Shown one piece after another: positions 18,087 through 29,943 of a stretch of 64,000 nt of DNA. How positions within the stretch are numbered: position 1 is the first letter of the stretch; the number at the start of each line of letters is the position of its first letter. A program made the translations under genes and the position numbers. Source of the DNA: Candidatus Omnitrophota bacterium (GTDB lineage Bacteria; Omnitrophota; Gorgyraeia; Gygaellales; Profunditerraquicolaceae); the NCBI GenBank assembly GCA_043814315.1, contig JBDRKE010000024.1, positions 4,680 to 68,679 on the forward strand, written 5' to 3'. Under the pieces are notes generated by a model, which was given only the letters and a program-made list of their open reading frames with translations, was not told the origin of the DNA and ran no database searches.

Positions 18087-19060
18087 CAGGAGAGACTTTC
18101 TTTTATCTTAGCTAAGACTTTTCTTCTGACGACAGAGAGACTGCCGCGGATGGTGGCGCCGCTGGCCGTCTTATGCCCCCCTCCCCCAAAGCAAGCGGCA
18201 ATCTTATTGACATCCACCTTCCCTTGCGACCTGAAATTAACCCTGATTTCACCCTTCGCCTTCAGGTTCTCTTTCAAAAGAACACACACCTCCACGCCCT
18301 TTATGGCGCGCGCAAAACTCAGTATTTCTTCGGAAAGATCAAAATACAGTTTTTTCTTCTGTAGCATAGAACGCCTAACCTGCACCCAGGCCAATTTCCC
18401 TTTTTCCGCCAGTCTTATCCCGGGCAAAATTCTCGCTAACAATTTTATGTCCTGGAAAGGGATGTTGTTATAAATGCTCCTGTAAATACGCACAACATCA
18501 AGATTGTGCCTTAAGAGTTCGGCTACGGCTTCATGGACCTGGCTGGTTGTGTTCGAATAACGAAACGAACCCGTATCGGTAAGTATGCCTGCATACAGTA
18601 AAAGAGCGGCTTCTCTATCAAGGGCAACGTGAAGAATCTTATAAAGCTGGTAAATCATTTCGCAGCAAGAGGAAAAATTCGGTTCGATCCAGTTGACGTC
18701 GCCAAATCCTTGATTGCTTATATGATGGTCTATGTTGAGAGTCGCTTGATGACATGAGTTAAGTTTATAGACTTCTCCCGTCCGCGCTAGATCCGAACAA
18801 TCCAGGACACAGAAACAATCAAATTTGATTTTCTTTGCGGTAACTTCTTGAAACTTCTTGGGGATCTTCTTACCGGGCAAAAAACCATACCCGTACGGCA
18901 AACCATCCTGGTTAACGACGGTAGCGCGCTTACCTAATTTCTTAAGGAGCCTGTAAAAGGCGAGTTCCGAACCCAGCGCATCCCCTTCCAGGTTCGTATG
19001 GGTGGTTATTAAAAAATTCTTATGCTTTTTTATGCAAGCGACGGCTTTTTTTATGCTCAC
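18086..19060 (-). CDS. nrnA: DHH/DHHA1 phosphoesterase (NrnA-like oligoribonuclease/pAp phosphatase)
   Basis: 324 aa with DGDALGS, NIDHHISN and GGGHKTASG motifs. The start is GTG. Confidence 0.75.
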   Translation of the reverse strand: MSIKKAVACIKKHKNFLITTHTNLEGDALGSELAFYRLLKKLGKRATVVNQDGLPYGYGFLPGKKIPKKFQEVTAKKIKFDCFCVLDCSDLARTGEVYKLNSCHQATLNIDHHISNQGFGDVNWIEPNFSSCCEMIYQLYKILHVALDREAALLLYAGILTDTGSFRYSNTTSQVHEAVAELLRHNLDVVRIYRSIYNNIPFQDIKLLARILPGIRLAEKGKLAWVQVRRSMLQKKKLYFDLSEEILSFARAIKGVEVCVLLKENLKAKGEIRVNFRSQGKVDVNKIAACFGGGGHKTASGATIRGSLSVVRRKVLAKIKESLS

Positions 19061-19460
19061 CTCGGCCCTCTTTCTTCTTTTTTTTTGGTTTTGCCTTTTC
19101 TTCTGCAGGAGTTTCGGCCTCAGTAAGCTGCTTAATCTCCTGCAGCACTTCCTGGATCCTTACGCTGTATTCGCTGGATCTATCTTCTTTAAAAGCGATC
19201 TCGGGAGCTAACCGCAGATTAATCCTTTGGGCGATTTTGCTGCGGATGAATCCCAGCGCGGAATCCAAGGCTTGCTTTGTCTTTTTATGATCTTCTTCCT
19301 TTCCCAGGACGCTAAAAAAAATCCTGGCGAACCTTAAATCCGGCGTCATCTCTACGTGCGTCACGGTGATAAACCCCAGACGCGGATCCTTTAACTCATC
19401 GTGAAGAATCATACTTACTTCTCTCTTGATCGCCTCCGTGATTCTGTCTTGTCTCGACAT
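19020..19460 (-). CDS. rbfA: ribosome-binding factor A
   Basis: RbfA core (RITEAIKREVSMIL..DPRLGFITVTHVEMTPDLRFARIFFSV) with a Lys-rich C-terminal tail that overlaps the nrnA start. Confidence 0.85.
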   Translation of the reverse strand: MSRQDRITEAIKREVSMILHDELKDPRLGFITVTHVEMTPDLRFARIFFSVLGKEEDHKKTKQALDSALGFIRSKIAQRINLRLAPEIAFKEDRSSEYSVRIQEVLQEIKQLTEAETPAEEKAKPKKKKKEGRGEHKKSRRLHKKA

Positions 19461-19741
19461 CAGATTAACTCCATTTCATGATCTATAAGATGGATGCCGC
19501 TCGTATCTTTTATAAAATTGATAATACGGCAAAGAATGCTATCCATTATTTTCCTGTCTCTTTCAACGCCCACGATAGCTAAAGTGGATTTCTGCCATTT
19601 GTCTTCGTCCCCTATCTGCGTCACCGCAACATTAAAATACTTGCGCAATCTTGCTCTCAAGCTATGCAGCACCCTTCTTTTTTCCTTCAATGAATTGCTG
19701 TTATGAATAAAAATCGCTAATTGCAGGATGCCTACCGTCAT
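19460..19741 (-). CDS. DUF503 (YlxP-like) protein
   Basis: 93 aa. Both the size and the position upstream of rbfA are typical of this family. Confidence 0.6.
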   Translation of the reverse strand: MTVGILQLAIFIHNSNSLKEKRRVLHSLRARLRKYFNVAVTQIGDEDKWQKSTLAIVGVERDRKIMDSILCRIINFIKDTSGIHLIDHEMELI

Positions 19742-19754
19742 TTTCTTAAAAAAC

Positions 19755-21032
19755 TTATATGATTCTCTGAATAAGTTTTTTAACCAGCTTTAACTCTTCT
19801 TCTTTCGTCCTGACGAGTCCGTTGAGCCTTGCATTCAATATCCTGGCAAAAATCTTCTGGTACACCGGTCCGGGACGCACTCCCCATTGACGCAAGTCTT
19901 CTCCCGAGACTTGAATTCGCATAGGGTTGTATTCTCTCAAAAATTCTTCAATGTGCTTTTGCAACAAGGAACTTTTATATTTTGATTTAAGAAAAAGAAT
20001 CACTTCATAGCTAAGGGGCTCCAATAAGGCAAAGATGCGCGAAGGCTTGGCCCCTTTCTCCTTCAGGCGCTTTAGCTGAAAATGACTGATTTTCTTGCAG
20101 CTCATCATTCTTTTCTCTTCGCCTTTGCGAAAAGCAAACCTGCGGCAGATACGCTTGATCTCGCTTAGTGGAATTGAATCCGCAAGCCCCAAAAAATAAA
20201 TGAGCCAGGTATCCAGGACCCGGCGTTGAAAATGAACTTTTCGAAACCACTTGATTTGTTTTTCTATTGAATTCAAGAGCCCGAAAGTTGTTTTATTCAC
20301 CGATAGCCGGGGACTTATAAAGCTAAAACCCGCCAGGGATTTCAGGCGCCTGATCTCTCTTAGGGGATGTTCTTCCTTTAAGACCAATATCAAATCATCC
20401 CGGAGGCGCTGCGGCTGGACTTCTTGAAGCATATTCAGCGAGACAGCCTGTTTTAAGCATCGCAGAGTCCGGGGTTCAATCTTAAAACTGTATCTTTGTT
20501 CAAAACGTATGGCCCTCAATATCCGCGTAGGGTCATCCAGAAAACTCCTATCGTGCATGAACCGAATTTCTCCATTTTTTAAATCTTCCTGTCCATGAAA
20601 GAAATCTATAAGCCTTGCGAAGTTTTCCTCGCGAATGCCAAGAGCCATCGCATTTATCGTGAAGTCCCGCCTGAAAAGGTCATCTTTAAGGGAACCGGGG
20701 CTTACCTGCGGAAGGTGAGCCGGATGCGGATAGGACTCTTTACGGGCGCTGGCAATATCAATCTTAAGCTGGGACGTAAGAACAACGGTTGCCGTCCCAA
20801 ACCTTCTATGCCGGATCAGCTTTGCTTTTAACCGCGCGGCTAACCCTTCCGCAAATTTAATACCGTCTCCTTCTACGACAATATCCAAATCCAGGTTGGC
20901 CAGGCCCAGCAGCAAATCCCGCACAAAGCCGCCTACCAGATAGACGTTCAACTTCCCTGAAGAAGCTAAATCTCCTGCCTTATAAATCAAATCCAGGATT
21001 TCTCTCGGTAATCTCTTTAGATAATCTTTCAT
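19755..21032 (-). CDS. cca: CCA-adding enzyme / poly(A) polymerase-family tRNA nucleotidyltransferase
   Basis: GGFVRDLLLG..DLDIVVEG pol-beta head followed by an RFEQRY-type body. Confidence 0.7.
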   Translation of the reverse strand: MKDYLKRLPREILDLIYKAGDLASSGKLNVYLVGGFVRDLLLGLANLDLDIVVEGDGIKFAEGLAARLKAKLIRHRRFGTATVVLTSQLKIDIASARKESYPHPAHLPQVSPGSLKDDLFRRDFTINAMALGIREENFARLIDFFHGQEDLKNGEIRFMHDRSFLDDPTRILRAIRFEQRYSFKIEPRTLRCLKQAVSLNMLQEVQPQRLRDDLILVLKEEHPLREIRRLKSLAGFSFISPRLSVNKTTFGLLNSIEKQIKWFRKVHFQRRVLDTWLIYFLGLADSIPLSEIKRICRRFAFRKGEEKRMMSCKKISHFQLKRLKEKGAKPSRIFALLEPLSYEVILFLKSKYKSSLLQKHIEEFLREYNPMRIQVSGEDLRQWGVRPGPVYQKIFARILNARLNGLVRTKEEELKLVKKLIQRII

Positions 21033-21051
21033 AACTTACCTTATTCTAACT

Positions 21052-21939
21052 TTAGGGCCGGGGATGATACATTTTATGTATCGCCTTAAGCCTCTCCTTA
21101 TTAATGTGCGTATAAATCTGGGTCGTGGAAATATTGGAATGCCCCAGCATCTCCTGAACAGAACGCAGATCCGCTCCTCTTTCTAAAAGATGCGTGGCGA
21201 ATGAATGTCTTAAGGTGTGCGGTTTCATGGGTTTTTTGATTCTTGCATCTTGGGCGTATCTTTTAATAATCTTCCATATAGATTGACGGGAGAGCTTCTT
21301 GCCCAAGCGGCTTAAGAAAAGGAATTCGGACTCCTTTGTTTTACAAAAATGCGCTCGGCTGACCTTTGAGTACCTGTTGATACTGACCGCCGCTTTCTTT
21401 CCCAAAGGGATAACGCGCTCTTTATTCCCTTTTCCCACGCACCGCAAAAAACCGATATCCAAATTAACATTTTCTTTTTTGAGGTTCGTTATTTCCGAAG
21501 CCCGCATGCCTGTTGCATAAAGCGTTTCAAGGATGGCTTTATCCCTTGAGCCCTGCCTGTTTCTTATGTCAGGTTGAGCCAATAGTGTTTCCACTTCATT
21601 CAGAGACAATGTCTCAGGGATCTTCTTCCATAACTTAGGAGAATCAATAATGCTGCTGGGATCGCTTTTTAACACCCTTTCCCGGGCCAGGAATCTATGA
21701 AACATCCTTATGGCGGCTAAACGCCTGGCGATGGAGTTTGCCGATATCCCTTTGTCTTTCTGATTCATCATAAAATTTGTTATATCATCTTTGGTAATCT
21801 TTGATAAAGCGTCAACGTGACGGCTGGAAATAAAATCAATATAGGAATTAAGGTCTCTGCGGTAAGAAACAATGGTGTTCAAAGACAGGCCGCGCTCTAC
21901 AGACAGATAATTCAAGAATGTATCTATAAGCTCTTTCAT
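21052..21939 (-). CDS. xerD: tyrosine recombinase XerC/XerD type
   Basis: 295 aa with RASE..HTLRHSFATHLL..GHSNISTTQIYTH catalytic motifs. The context is housekeeping and no mobile element flanks it. Confidence 0.8.
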   Translation of the reverse strand: MKELIDTFLNYLSVERGLSLNTIVSYRRDLNSYIDFISSRHVDALSKITKDDITNFMMNQKDKGISANSIARRLAAIRMFHRFLARERVLKSDPSSIIDSPKLWKKIPETLSLNEVETLLAQPDIRNRQGSRDKAILETLYATGMRASEITNLKKENVNLDIGFLRCVGKGNKERVIPLGKKAAVSINRYSKVSRAHFCKTKESEFLFLSRLGKKLSRQSIWKIIKRYAQDARIKKPMKPHTLRHSFATHLLERGADLRSVQEMLGHSNISTTQIYTHINKERLKAIHKMYHPRP

Positions 21940-21942
21940 TCT

Positions 21943-22559
21943 TTATGCCAGAAAGGGATTATTTCTCTTTTCGTCCCCGATAGTAGAAGAAGGGCCATGG
22001 CCGGGATAAACTATAGTATCGTCGGATAAGGTCAATAATTTTTCCTTTATGGATTTACTCAATAAAGCCTCATCCCCGCCCGATAGATCCGACCGGCCAA
22101 TCCCCTGGCAGAACAGGGTGTCTCCGGTAAACACAATTCTTTGCGCAGGCTTTATCAGGCTAAGAGCTATGCCGCCGGGCGTGTGTCCGGGTATATGCAG
22201 GACTTGTAATTGTAAATCACCTAGTTCGATCATCTGACGGTCTTCTAATGTCCGTATTTCAGATTTGACCTCGCAGGGCAAAGCAAATAATTCTGAGAGA
22301 TTAAGCCTTCCGTCTTTCAGGAAGCCGGAATCCTCTCCGTGGATATAAATGGGAACCCCAAAACTATCGTCACTACCGATATGGTCATAATGGCCGTGCG
22401 TATTGATGATGAAGGCAGGCTTCAATCTAAGCCTCTCGAGAACCTGTTTTATCTTTCGCGCCTGGGCTCCCGGATCAATAATAAGACACGGACTGTTCTC
22501 GCGGGAAGCCAAGATATAACAGTTAACCTGCATGGAGCCAACACAGATGGTTTCTAAAA

Positions 22560-22563
<4 letters not shown>
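21943..22563 (-). CDS. MBL-fold metallo-hydrolase (glyoxalase II-like)
   Basis: THGHYDHIG motif, 206 aa. Confidence 0.75.
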
Positions 22564-25054
<2,491 letters not shown>

Positions 25055-25792
25055 TTATCTTCCCAGTAAAAGCCTGTCTCCCAGAAACCATGGCAATCCC
25101 GCATCCAAAATTTTTCTTCTTGCGTTTTCCATATCGTAGCCTACCCGCTTGATCCGGATTTCCTTCTTTCGGGAATCGTAAATACAGTAGCTTGCCTTAG
25201 GGTTGCCGTCTCTGGGCTGGCCTACGCTTCCGACATTCACGATGTATTTATTGTGAGGCGCCATATGGACAAACCCGTCTTCTTGATAACGCACGTTTCC
25301 ATGGCCATCCTTAGAGAATATGGCCGGCCTATGGGTGTGACCTATAAAACAAACGCCCGTACCAAGCAAACGGAAGGTGGCTTCAGCATCAGAAGTGTCA
25401 AACAGATAAAGAAAATCAGCGGGGTCATTCAACGTGCCATGAACCAGAGTCAAGTCTTCATTCTCATAGACTAATTTTAAGGATTGCAACAAAGATCGGT
25501 TCTTATCCGTTAAAGACCTTATGGTCCAAGACATGGCCTGGACAGCCAGGGGATTAAAATAATTTAGAGAAAATAAATTGACCGCTGCCCGATCGTGATT
25601 CCCTGCCACTATAGTAAGCGCTAGATTTAGTATTAGCTCGATGCATTCGTTGGGGTTCGCCGCATAACCCACCAGGTCACCACAGCAAAGATAACTATCG
25701 ATATCTTCTTTTTTAAAGGCCTCAAGAACCGCTTCGAGCGCCTCCCCATTGGAGTGGATATCGGAGAAGATTGCGTAACGCATAAAATGCAA
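25055..25792 (-). CDS. calcineurin-like metallophosphoesterase
   Basis: DIHSN..GDLVGY..GNHD..GHTH motif series. Confidence 0.7.
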   Translation of the reverse strand: MHFMRYAIFSDIHSNGEALEAVLEAFKKEDIDSYLCCGDLVGYAANPNECIELILNLALTIVAGNHDRAAVNLFSLNYFNPLAVQAMSWTIRSLTDKNRSLLQSLKLVYENEDLTLVHGTLNDPADFLYLFDTSDAEATFRLLGTGVCFIGHTHRPAIFSKDGHGNVRYQEDGFVHMAPHNKYIVNVGSVGQPRDGNPKASYCIYDSRKKEIRIKRVGYDMENARRKILDAGLPWFLGDRLLLGR

Positions 25793-25805
25793 TTCCGGGT
25801 GAAGG

Positions 25806-26078
25806 TCAAAACTTTATCCGGAAGTCTTTAAACTTACCGGTGGCTTCCTTGCGCTCTATATCCGTATCTTGAATAGTGCGGGAAAAATGCTTGCGGATTC
25901 TATCCAGAAAATCTTTCAGGACGTCTTCCTCTGCCTCAGCTTCAACCTCCACTCTCCCATCGTCTAAATTCTTGGCCCACCCGTTAACCCCTAGATTATC
26001 GGCGATGCTTTTCGCCATAAACCTAAAACCCACACCTTGCACCTGGCCCCTATAGTAAACATGAATTTGTTGTTTCAT
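25806..26078 (-). CDS. acyP: acylphosphatase
   Basis: YRGQVQGVGFRF..GWAKNLDDGRVE. ATG 26078 is preferred over the ORF-track start at 26132. Confidence 0.8.
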   Translation of the reverse strand: MKQQIHVYYRGQVQGVGFRFMAKSIADNLGVNGWAKNLDDGRVEVEAEAEEDVLKDFLDRIRKHFSRTIQDTDIERKEATGKFKDFRIKF

Positions 26079-26163
26079 GTAAAAACTGCTCCTCGTTGCA
26101 TATCCTCTTTTGCTATGGCAACTCGGAATCAAATTCGCCTATCATTCAAGACACAGACGAATT

Positions 26164-26241
26164 TGGTCGGGGCGGACAGACTTGAACTGTCGACCTCAGC
26201 GTCCCGAACGCTGCGCTCTAGCCAAACTGAGCCACGCCCCG
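26164..26241 (-). tRNA. tRNA-Pro (anticodon CGG), CCA encoded
   Basis: I folded the cloverleaf manually. Acceptor is CGGGGCG/CGCCCCG, D arm GCTC/GAGC, and anticodon stem CAGCG/CGCTG with loop TTCGGGA. T arm is GACAG-TTCAAGT-CTGTC, ending in ACCA. Confidence 0.95.
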
Positions 26242-26483
26242 ATTTTCAAGCTATTCCTTATCGGAAAATCGTACTACCGCACTATCCGTAGCCGGAGTAC
26301 ATTCCAAGTCAAAATGTCTTTTTCGCAACGGAAGCTGAAATTCGACAAAGTACCTTCTTACAATCTTAAGCGGCGAGGGGCATCTTGGCGCGTGGTGAAA
26401 TCCTCCGAAGTGCGCCAAAACTATAACCTCAGATAAATGGAGCCAAGAGACAGACTATTCTTTTCTTAAGCTCAACAACGTGA

Positions 26484-26753
26484 TCAATAAATAGCCTTAC
26501 TTCTTTTTTTTAACTTTTTTATGTACGTGATAAACCTGGGGCCTTTGGCTATGAAATGAAAATCCTCAGGCGTTCTCTTATGCCAATCCTGAAAAGTCTT
26601 TTTCTGGAGCAAGCGATAGAACGTTACGTTTAACTCTACTGAATTGAAGAAGTTAGCGCAGTATTCAAGCCACCTTTTTTGGCTCATGCTAACAGGATAG
26701 AATACTCCCTTTGCCCAATGCGGGTAATTCAAGCCGTTTGTACAGATGAACAA
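26484..26753 (-). pseudogene. truncated DUF72-family gene (N-terminal ~90 aa only)
   Basis: YPHWAKGVFYP..YCANFFNSVELNVTFYRL..TPEDFHFIAKGPRFITY matches the N-terminal third of DUF72 proteins. The reading frame then stops, and downstream DNA (about 26290-26483) keeps only faint out-of-frame similarity. Confidence 0.5.
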
Positions 26754-26812
26754 CCGAGTCCTATTTTATTAGTATAACAGAAATTTAAAAACACGCAACG
26801 ATTTGATATGGC

Positions 26813-27385
26813 CTAAATTAGATTTTTCTTGGTAAGGATATCGAATTCGATGTTAACTTTATCGGAAGGGCCTTTAAACTTAAGCGTGGTATTTTTAAGC
26901 GTATGCGCAATGACATAGATACTAAAAGTACTGGCTTTAATATTTGCGACCGTAAAGCTGATGCCATCCACCGCAATAGAGCCTTTGGGTAAAATAGTAT
27001 TCATAAACGGCAAAGGGATGGCGATTTCAAAACAGAGGTTGTTGTTTATATAATTTTTCCTGCGGATTGTGCCCAGGCAGTCCGCGTGTCCCGTGACGAA
27101 ATGGCCACAGATCCTATCCCCCATCTTTAAACTACGCTCAAGATTGACTTCATCCGAAATCCTCAAAAACCTTAAATTCGTTACTTTCAGGGTTTCCGGG
27201 ATAATCTCAAAAGTCAAGGCTGGTTCTTTTTTTATAACCGTAAGGCAAACACCATTAACCGACAGGCTATCGCCTATCTTGATGTCCTCTTGCACTTTTT
27301 TTGTTTTTATTTCAATAAGCGTGGATTTATCGCGCGGCAAGATGCTTTTAACTTCGCCTAATTCTTCAATGATACCTGTAAACAT
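26813..27385 (-). CDS. ribE: riboflavin synthase (alpha chain)
   Basis: Starts MFTGIIEELGEV and has a two-lumazine-binding repeat architecture. ATG 27385 is preferred over GTG 27397. Confidence 0.9.
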   Translation of the reverse strand: MFTGIIEELGEVKSILPRDKSTLIEIKTKKVQEDIKIGDSLSVNGVCLTVIKKEPALTFEIIPETLKVTNLRFLRISDEVNLERSLKMGDRICGHFVTGHADCLGTIRRKNYINNNLCFEIAIPLPFMNTILPKGSIAVDGISFTVANIKASTFSIYVIAHTLKNTTLKFKGPSDKVNIEFDILTKKNLI

Positions 27386-27600
27386 AAGTGAGTGCACAAT
27401 TTATAGAACGCAATCTTTCGCTTCGTTCAGGATTATCCTAAGAAACGAAATGCCGAAGGATGAAGTGAACATATATTGTATGCTCGAACTTACCCCCCAC
27501 CACTTTCATTATAGAGTAAGCTAAATAAGAAAGTGGTGGGGGGTCAAATTCAGACATACAACTTACGTCATTTCATTCCGTAAGTTGTGTCTTCATTTAA
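27386..27600. repeat. composite palindromic element, copy C (H1-like 27386-27485; H2 27493-27543; H3 27545-27600)
   Basis: It fills the whole ribD-stop to ribE-start interval. The H2 arms are ccccccaccactttc/gaaagtggtgggggg, and the H3 stem is acaacttacg/cgtaagttgt. Confidence 0.8.
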
Positions 27601-28690
27601 CGTGCCCCTCTATTAAGAAATCTTCCCCGGACCTTCGCCATCGGACGTCCTTTAATTTTATGATTTTATCGATGCGCTCGACACCTTTGCCCATCACCGA
27701 GCTTATCGCTTCTTTGCCGCCGATGATCTTGGGGCTGATAAAAAATAATGCCTTATCAACAAGCCCCTCATCAAATAGCGAACCGATCAAGGTTCCGCCG
27801 CCCTCTACCAATACACTCATTATCTCCAGCTGCGCTAACTTTTTCATCATATCCTTAAGATTCACCTGACCTTCCTTCTCTTTGACTTCTAAAATCCTTG
27901 CTTTCTCTGAAAGCATCTTTCTGTTCTCTGTTTCCTGGCCAGGCCGGGAGGACAAAGTAACGATGATAACTTGTTTTTTAGTTGCGAATATGTTAGCATT
28001 CTGAGGGGTACTCAACCGGCTATCCACGATGATTTTAATGGGTTGTTTTGATGAAAACCAGGCATCCAGTTTGGGGTTATCCCGCAATACGGTATTGACG
28101 CCAACCATGATAGCATCATAATCCTGACGCAGGCGATGTGCCACAGATCGCGATTTGTCAGAGGTAATCCATTTAGAATCTCCTCGCGAAGTAGCGATCT
28201 TACCGTCTATGGATTCGGCAACTTTTACCGTAACAAAAGGCATTCTTTTCAAGATATATTTGATAAAGGCCTCGTTGAGCTTTCTTAATTTGTCTTCTAA
28301 AACCCCTGCATGAACCTTTATTTTATGCTGCTTGATAATATGAATACCTTTGCCGTTATTTAAGGGATTAGGATCCACCATGCCCACGATGACCTCCTTG
28401 AGCCCACTCTTAATGATTCTATCCACGCAGGGAGGAGTTCTGCCGAAATGGGTGCAGGGTTCTAAGGTCACATACAGTGTCGCATCCTTTGAAAGCTCTC
28501 CTGCCTTATCGAGCGCAACGGCCTCGGCATGGCTCATGCCGCACTTTTGATGGAAGCCTTTGCCTATGATCTTGCCGTTCTTCACCACCACGGCCCCGAC
28601 CATAGGGTTAGGAGAAGTTCGCCCCTTTGCCTTTAAGGCCAATTTCATAGCGATATTCATGTAATATTCGTGATTCTTCTTCATCGGCAC
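27593..28690 (-). CDS. ribD: bifunctional diaminohydroxyphosphoribosylaminopyrimidine deaminase / 5-amino-6-(5-phosphoribosylamino)uracil reductase
   Basis: HAEAVAL..TLEPCTHFGRTPPC deaminase motif followed by a reductase domain. Confidence 0.9.
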   Translation of the reverse strand: MPMKKNHEYYMNIAMKLALKAKGRTSPNPMVGAVVVKNGKIIGKGFHQKCGMSHAEAVALDKAGELSKDATLYVTLEPCTHFGRTPPCVDRIIKSGLKEVIVGMVDPNPLNNGKGIHIIKQHKIKVHAGVLEDKLRKLNEAFIKYILKRMPFVTVKVAESIDGKIATSRGDSKWITSDKSRSVAHRLRQDYDAIMVGVNTVLRDNPKLDAWFSSKQPIKIIVDSRLSTPQNANIFATKKQVIIVTLSSRPGQETENRKMLSEKARILEVKEKEGQVNLKDMMKKLAQLEIMSVLVEGGGTLIGSLFDEGLVDKALFFISPKIIGGKEAISSVMGKGVERIDKIIKLKDVRWRRSGEDFLIEGHVK

Positions 28691-29505
28691 TTATCTTTAG
28701 CTCGCTTTAAATTCTCTACCAGTTCATAGGGTATTTTCATGGAGCCGATCTTAACCTCTGACTTGGCATTTCCGTGGCAATCCGAACCCCCCGTGACTAA
28801 TAAATTATTCTTCCCGGCTAACTCAAGATAAAAATTTACCATCGACTGAGAATGTTCGGGATAATAGGCCTCTAAGCCCCTAAGGCCGTATTCTATAAAT
28901 TTGAGAATAATATCGTCGTTATGAATCGTGTAGGGGTGCGCCAATATGGAAATACCACCCGTGTCTGCGATCAATTTTATCGCATCCCTCGGCGACAATT
29001 TAAAACCCAAAGTATAAGCAGGGCCCTTATCTCCGATATATTTCTGGAATGCTTCATAGATGTTTTCCACAATACCCTCTTTGACCATAGCCCGTGCCAC
29101 GTGCAATCTTCCCACGGTTCCCTGACCGGCGATATCAAATACGGTCTTGGGGTTCAGGTCAATGCCTACAGCCTTAAGCTTATCTACTATTTTATAGATA
29201 CGCTCAATACGATTCTTTTTTAAAGCATCTAAATTTTGTTTCAACTCTTTGTTTTTATAATCTATCAGATATCCTAAGATGTGTACTTCGACGTCATCAT
29301 AATCGCAACTCACTTCTATCCCCGGCAAAACCTCGATATCATGCTCCTTGGCTATTGCTATAACGGGTTGCAGCCCTTCCACCGTATCGTGGTCAACCAC
29401 GGCAATAGCAGAAAGGCCGGCCTTCCTGCTTTCGAAAACCAGCTGCGCAGGCGTGTACGTACCATCGGAATAAATCGTATGTAAATGGAGATCTGCGAAT
29501 TTCAT
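28681..29505 (-). CDS. PHP-domain phosphoesterase (TrpH/YciV-like)
   Basis: Starts MKFADLHLHTIYSDG. Later His/Asp motifs (VDHD, HP, GGSDCHG) are present. Confidence 0.75.
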   Translation of the reverse strand: MKFADLHLHTIYSDGTYTPAQLVFESRKAGLSAIAVVDHDTVEGLQPVIAIAKEHDIEVLPGIEVSCDYDDVEVHILGYLIDYKNKELKQNLDALKKNRIERIYKIVDKLKAVGIDLNPKTVFDIAGQGTVGRLHVARAMVKEGIVENIYEAFQKYIGDKGPAYTLGFKLSPRDAIKLIADTGGISILAHPYTIHNDDIILKFIEYGLRGLEAYYPEHSQSMVNFYLELAGKNNLLVTGGSDCHGNAKSEVKIGSMKIPYELVENLKRAKDKCR

Positions 29506-29526
29506 GAATAATAAAGGTTAGCTATC

Positions 29527-29943
29527 TTATTTATCCTTCTCCAGCTTTATCTTGTCCAGTATAGCATTAACGAATTTTCCGGCTTCGGGGTCCGAATATT
29601 TCTTGGCTAGCTCTACAGCCTCATTAATAGAAACTTTGGGAGGGATATCCTCGCGAAACAGAAGCTCAAAACAACTCATTCTTAATATATTCCTATCGAC
29701 TACGGCCATACGATCCAATTGCCAATTCGTAGCGTATTGAGAGATTTTTTCGTCAATGATTTCCAGATTTTGTATCACGCCGAGGACCAGCTCTGTCGTA
29801 AAAGTTTTTAAATCTTGGACGATTGCCTCATCCGCATGCGACTCCCAAAAGCTATCCAAAGCCATATCGCCGGTATCGTGGGCGACATCCACCTGATACA
29901 GGATCTGTAACGCAAATTCTCTGGCCCGTGTGCGTTTACGCAT
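29527..29943 (-). CDS. nusB: transcription antitermination factor NusB
   Basis: 138 aa, R(A)REFALQILYQ..., and the classic ribH-nusB linkage. Confidence 0.9.
   Translation of the reverse strand: MRKRTRAREFALQILYQVDVAHDTGDMALDSFWESHADEAIVQDLKTFTTELVLGVIQNLEIIDEKISQYATNWQLDRMAVVDRNILRMSCFELLFREDIPPKVSINEAVELAKKYSDPEAGKFVNAILDKIKLEKDK

Noticed and set aside
21052-21939. The tyrosine recombinase was considered as a marker of an integrated mobile element.
   Set aside because: The sequence and context fit housekeeping XerC/XerD. There are no flanking att-like repeats, phage genes or cargo genes.
26110-26436. The 108-aa plus-strand ORF overlapping the tRNA-Pro gene.
   Set aside because: It runs antisense through a perfectly folding tRNA and the DUF72 debris. 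I consider it spurious.
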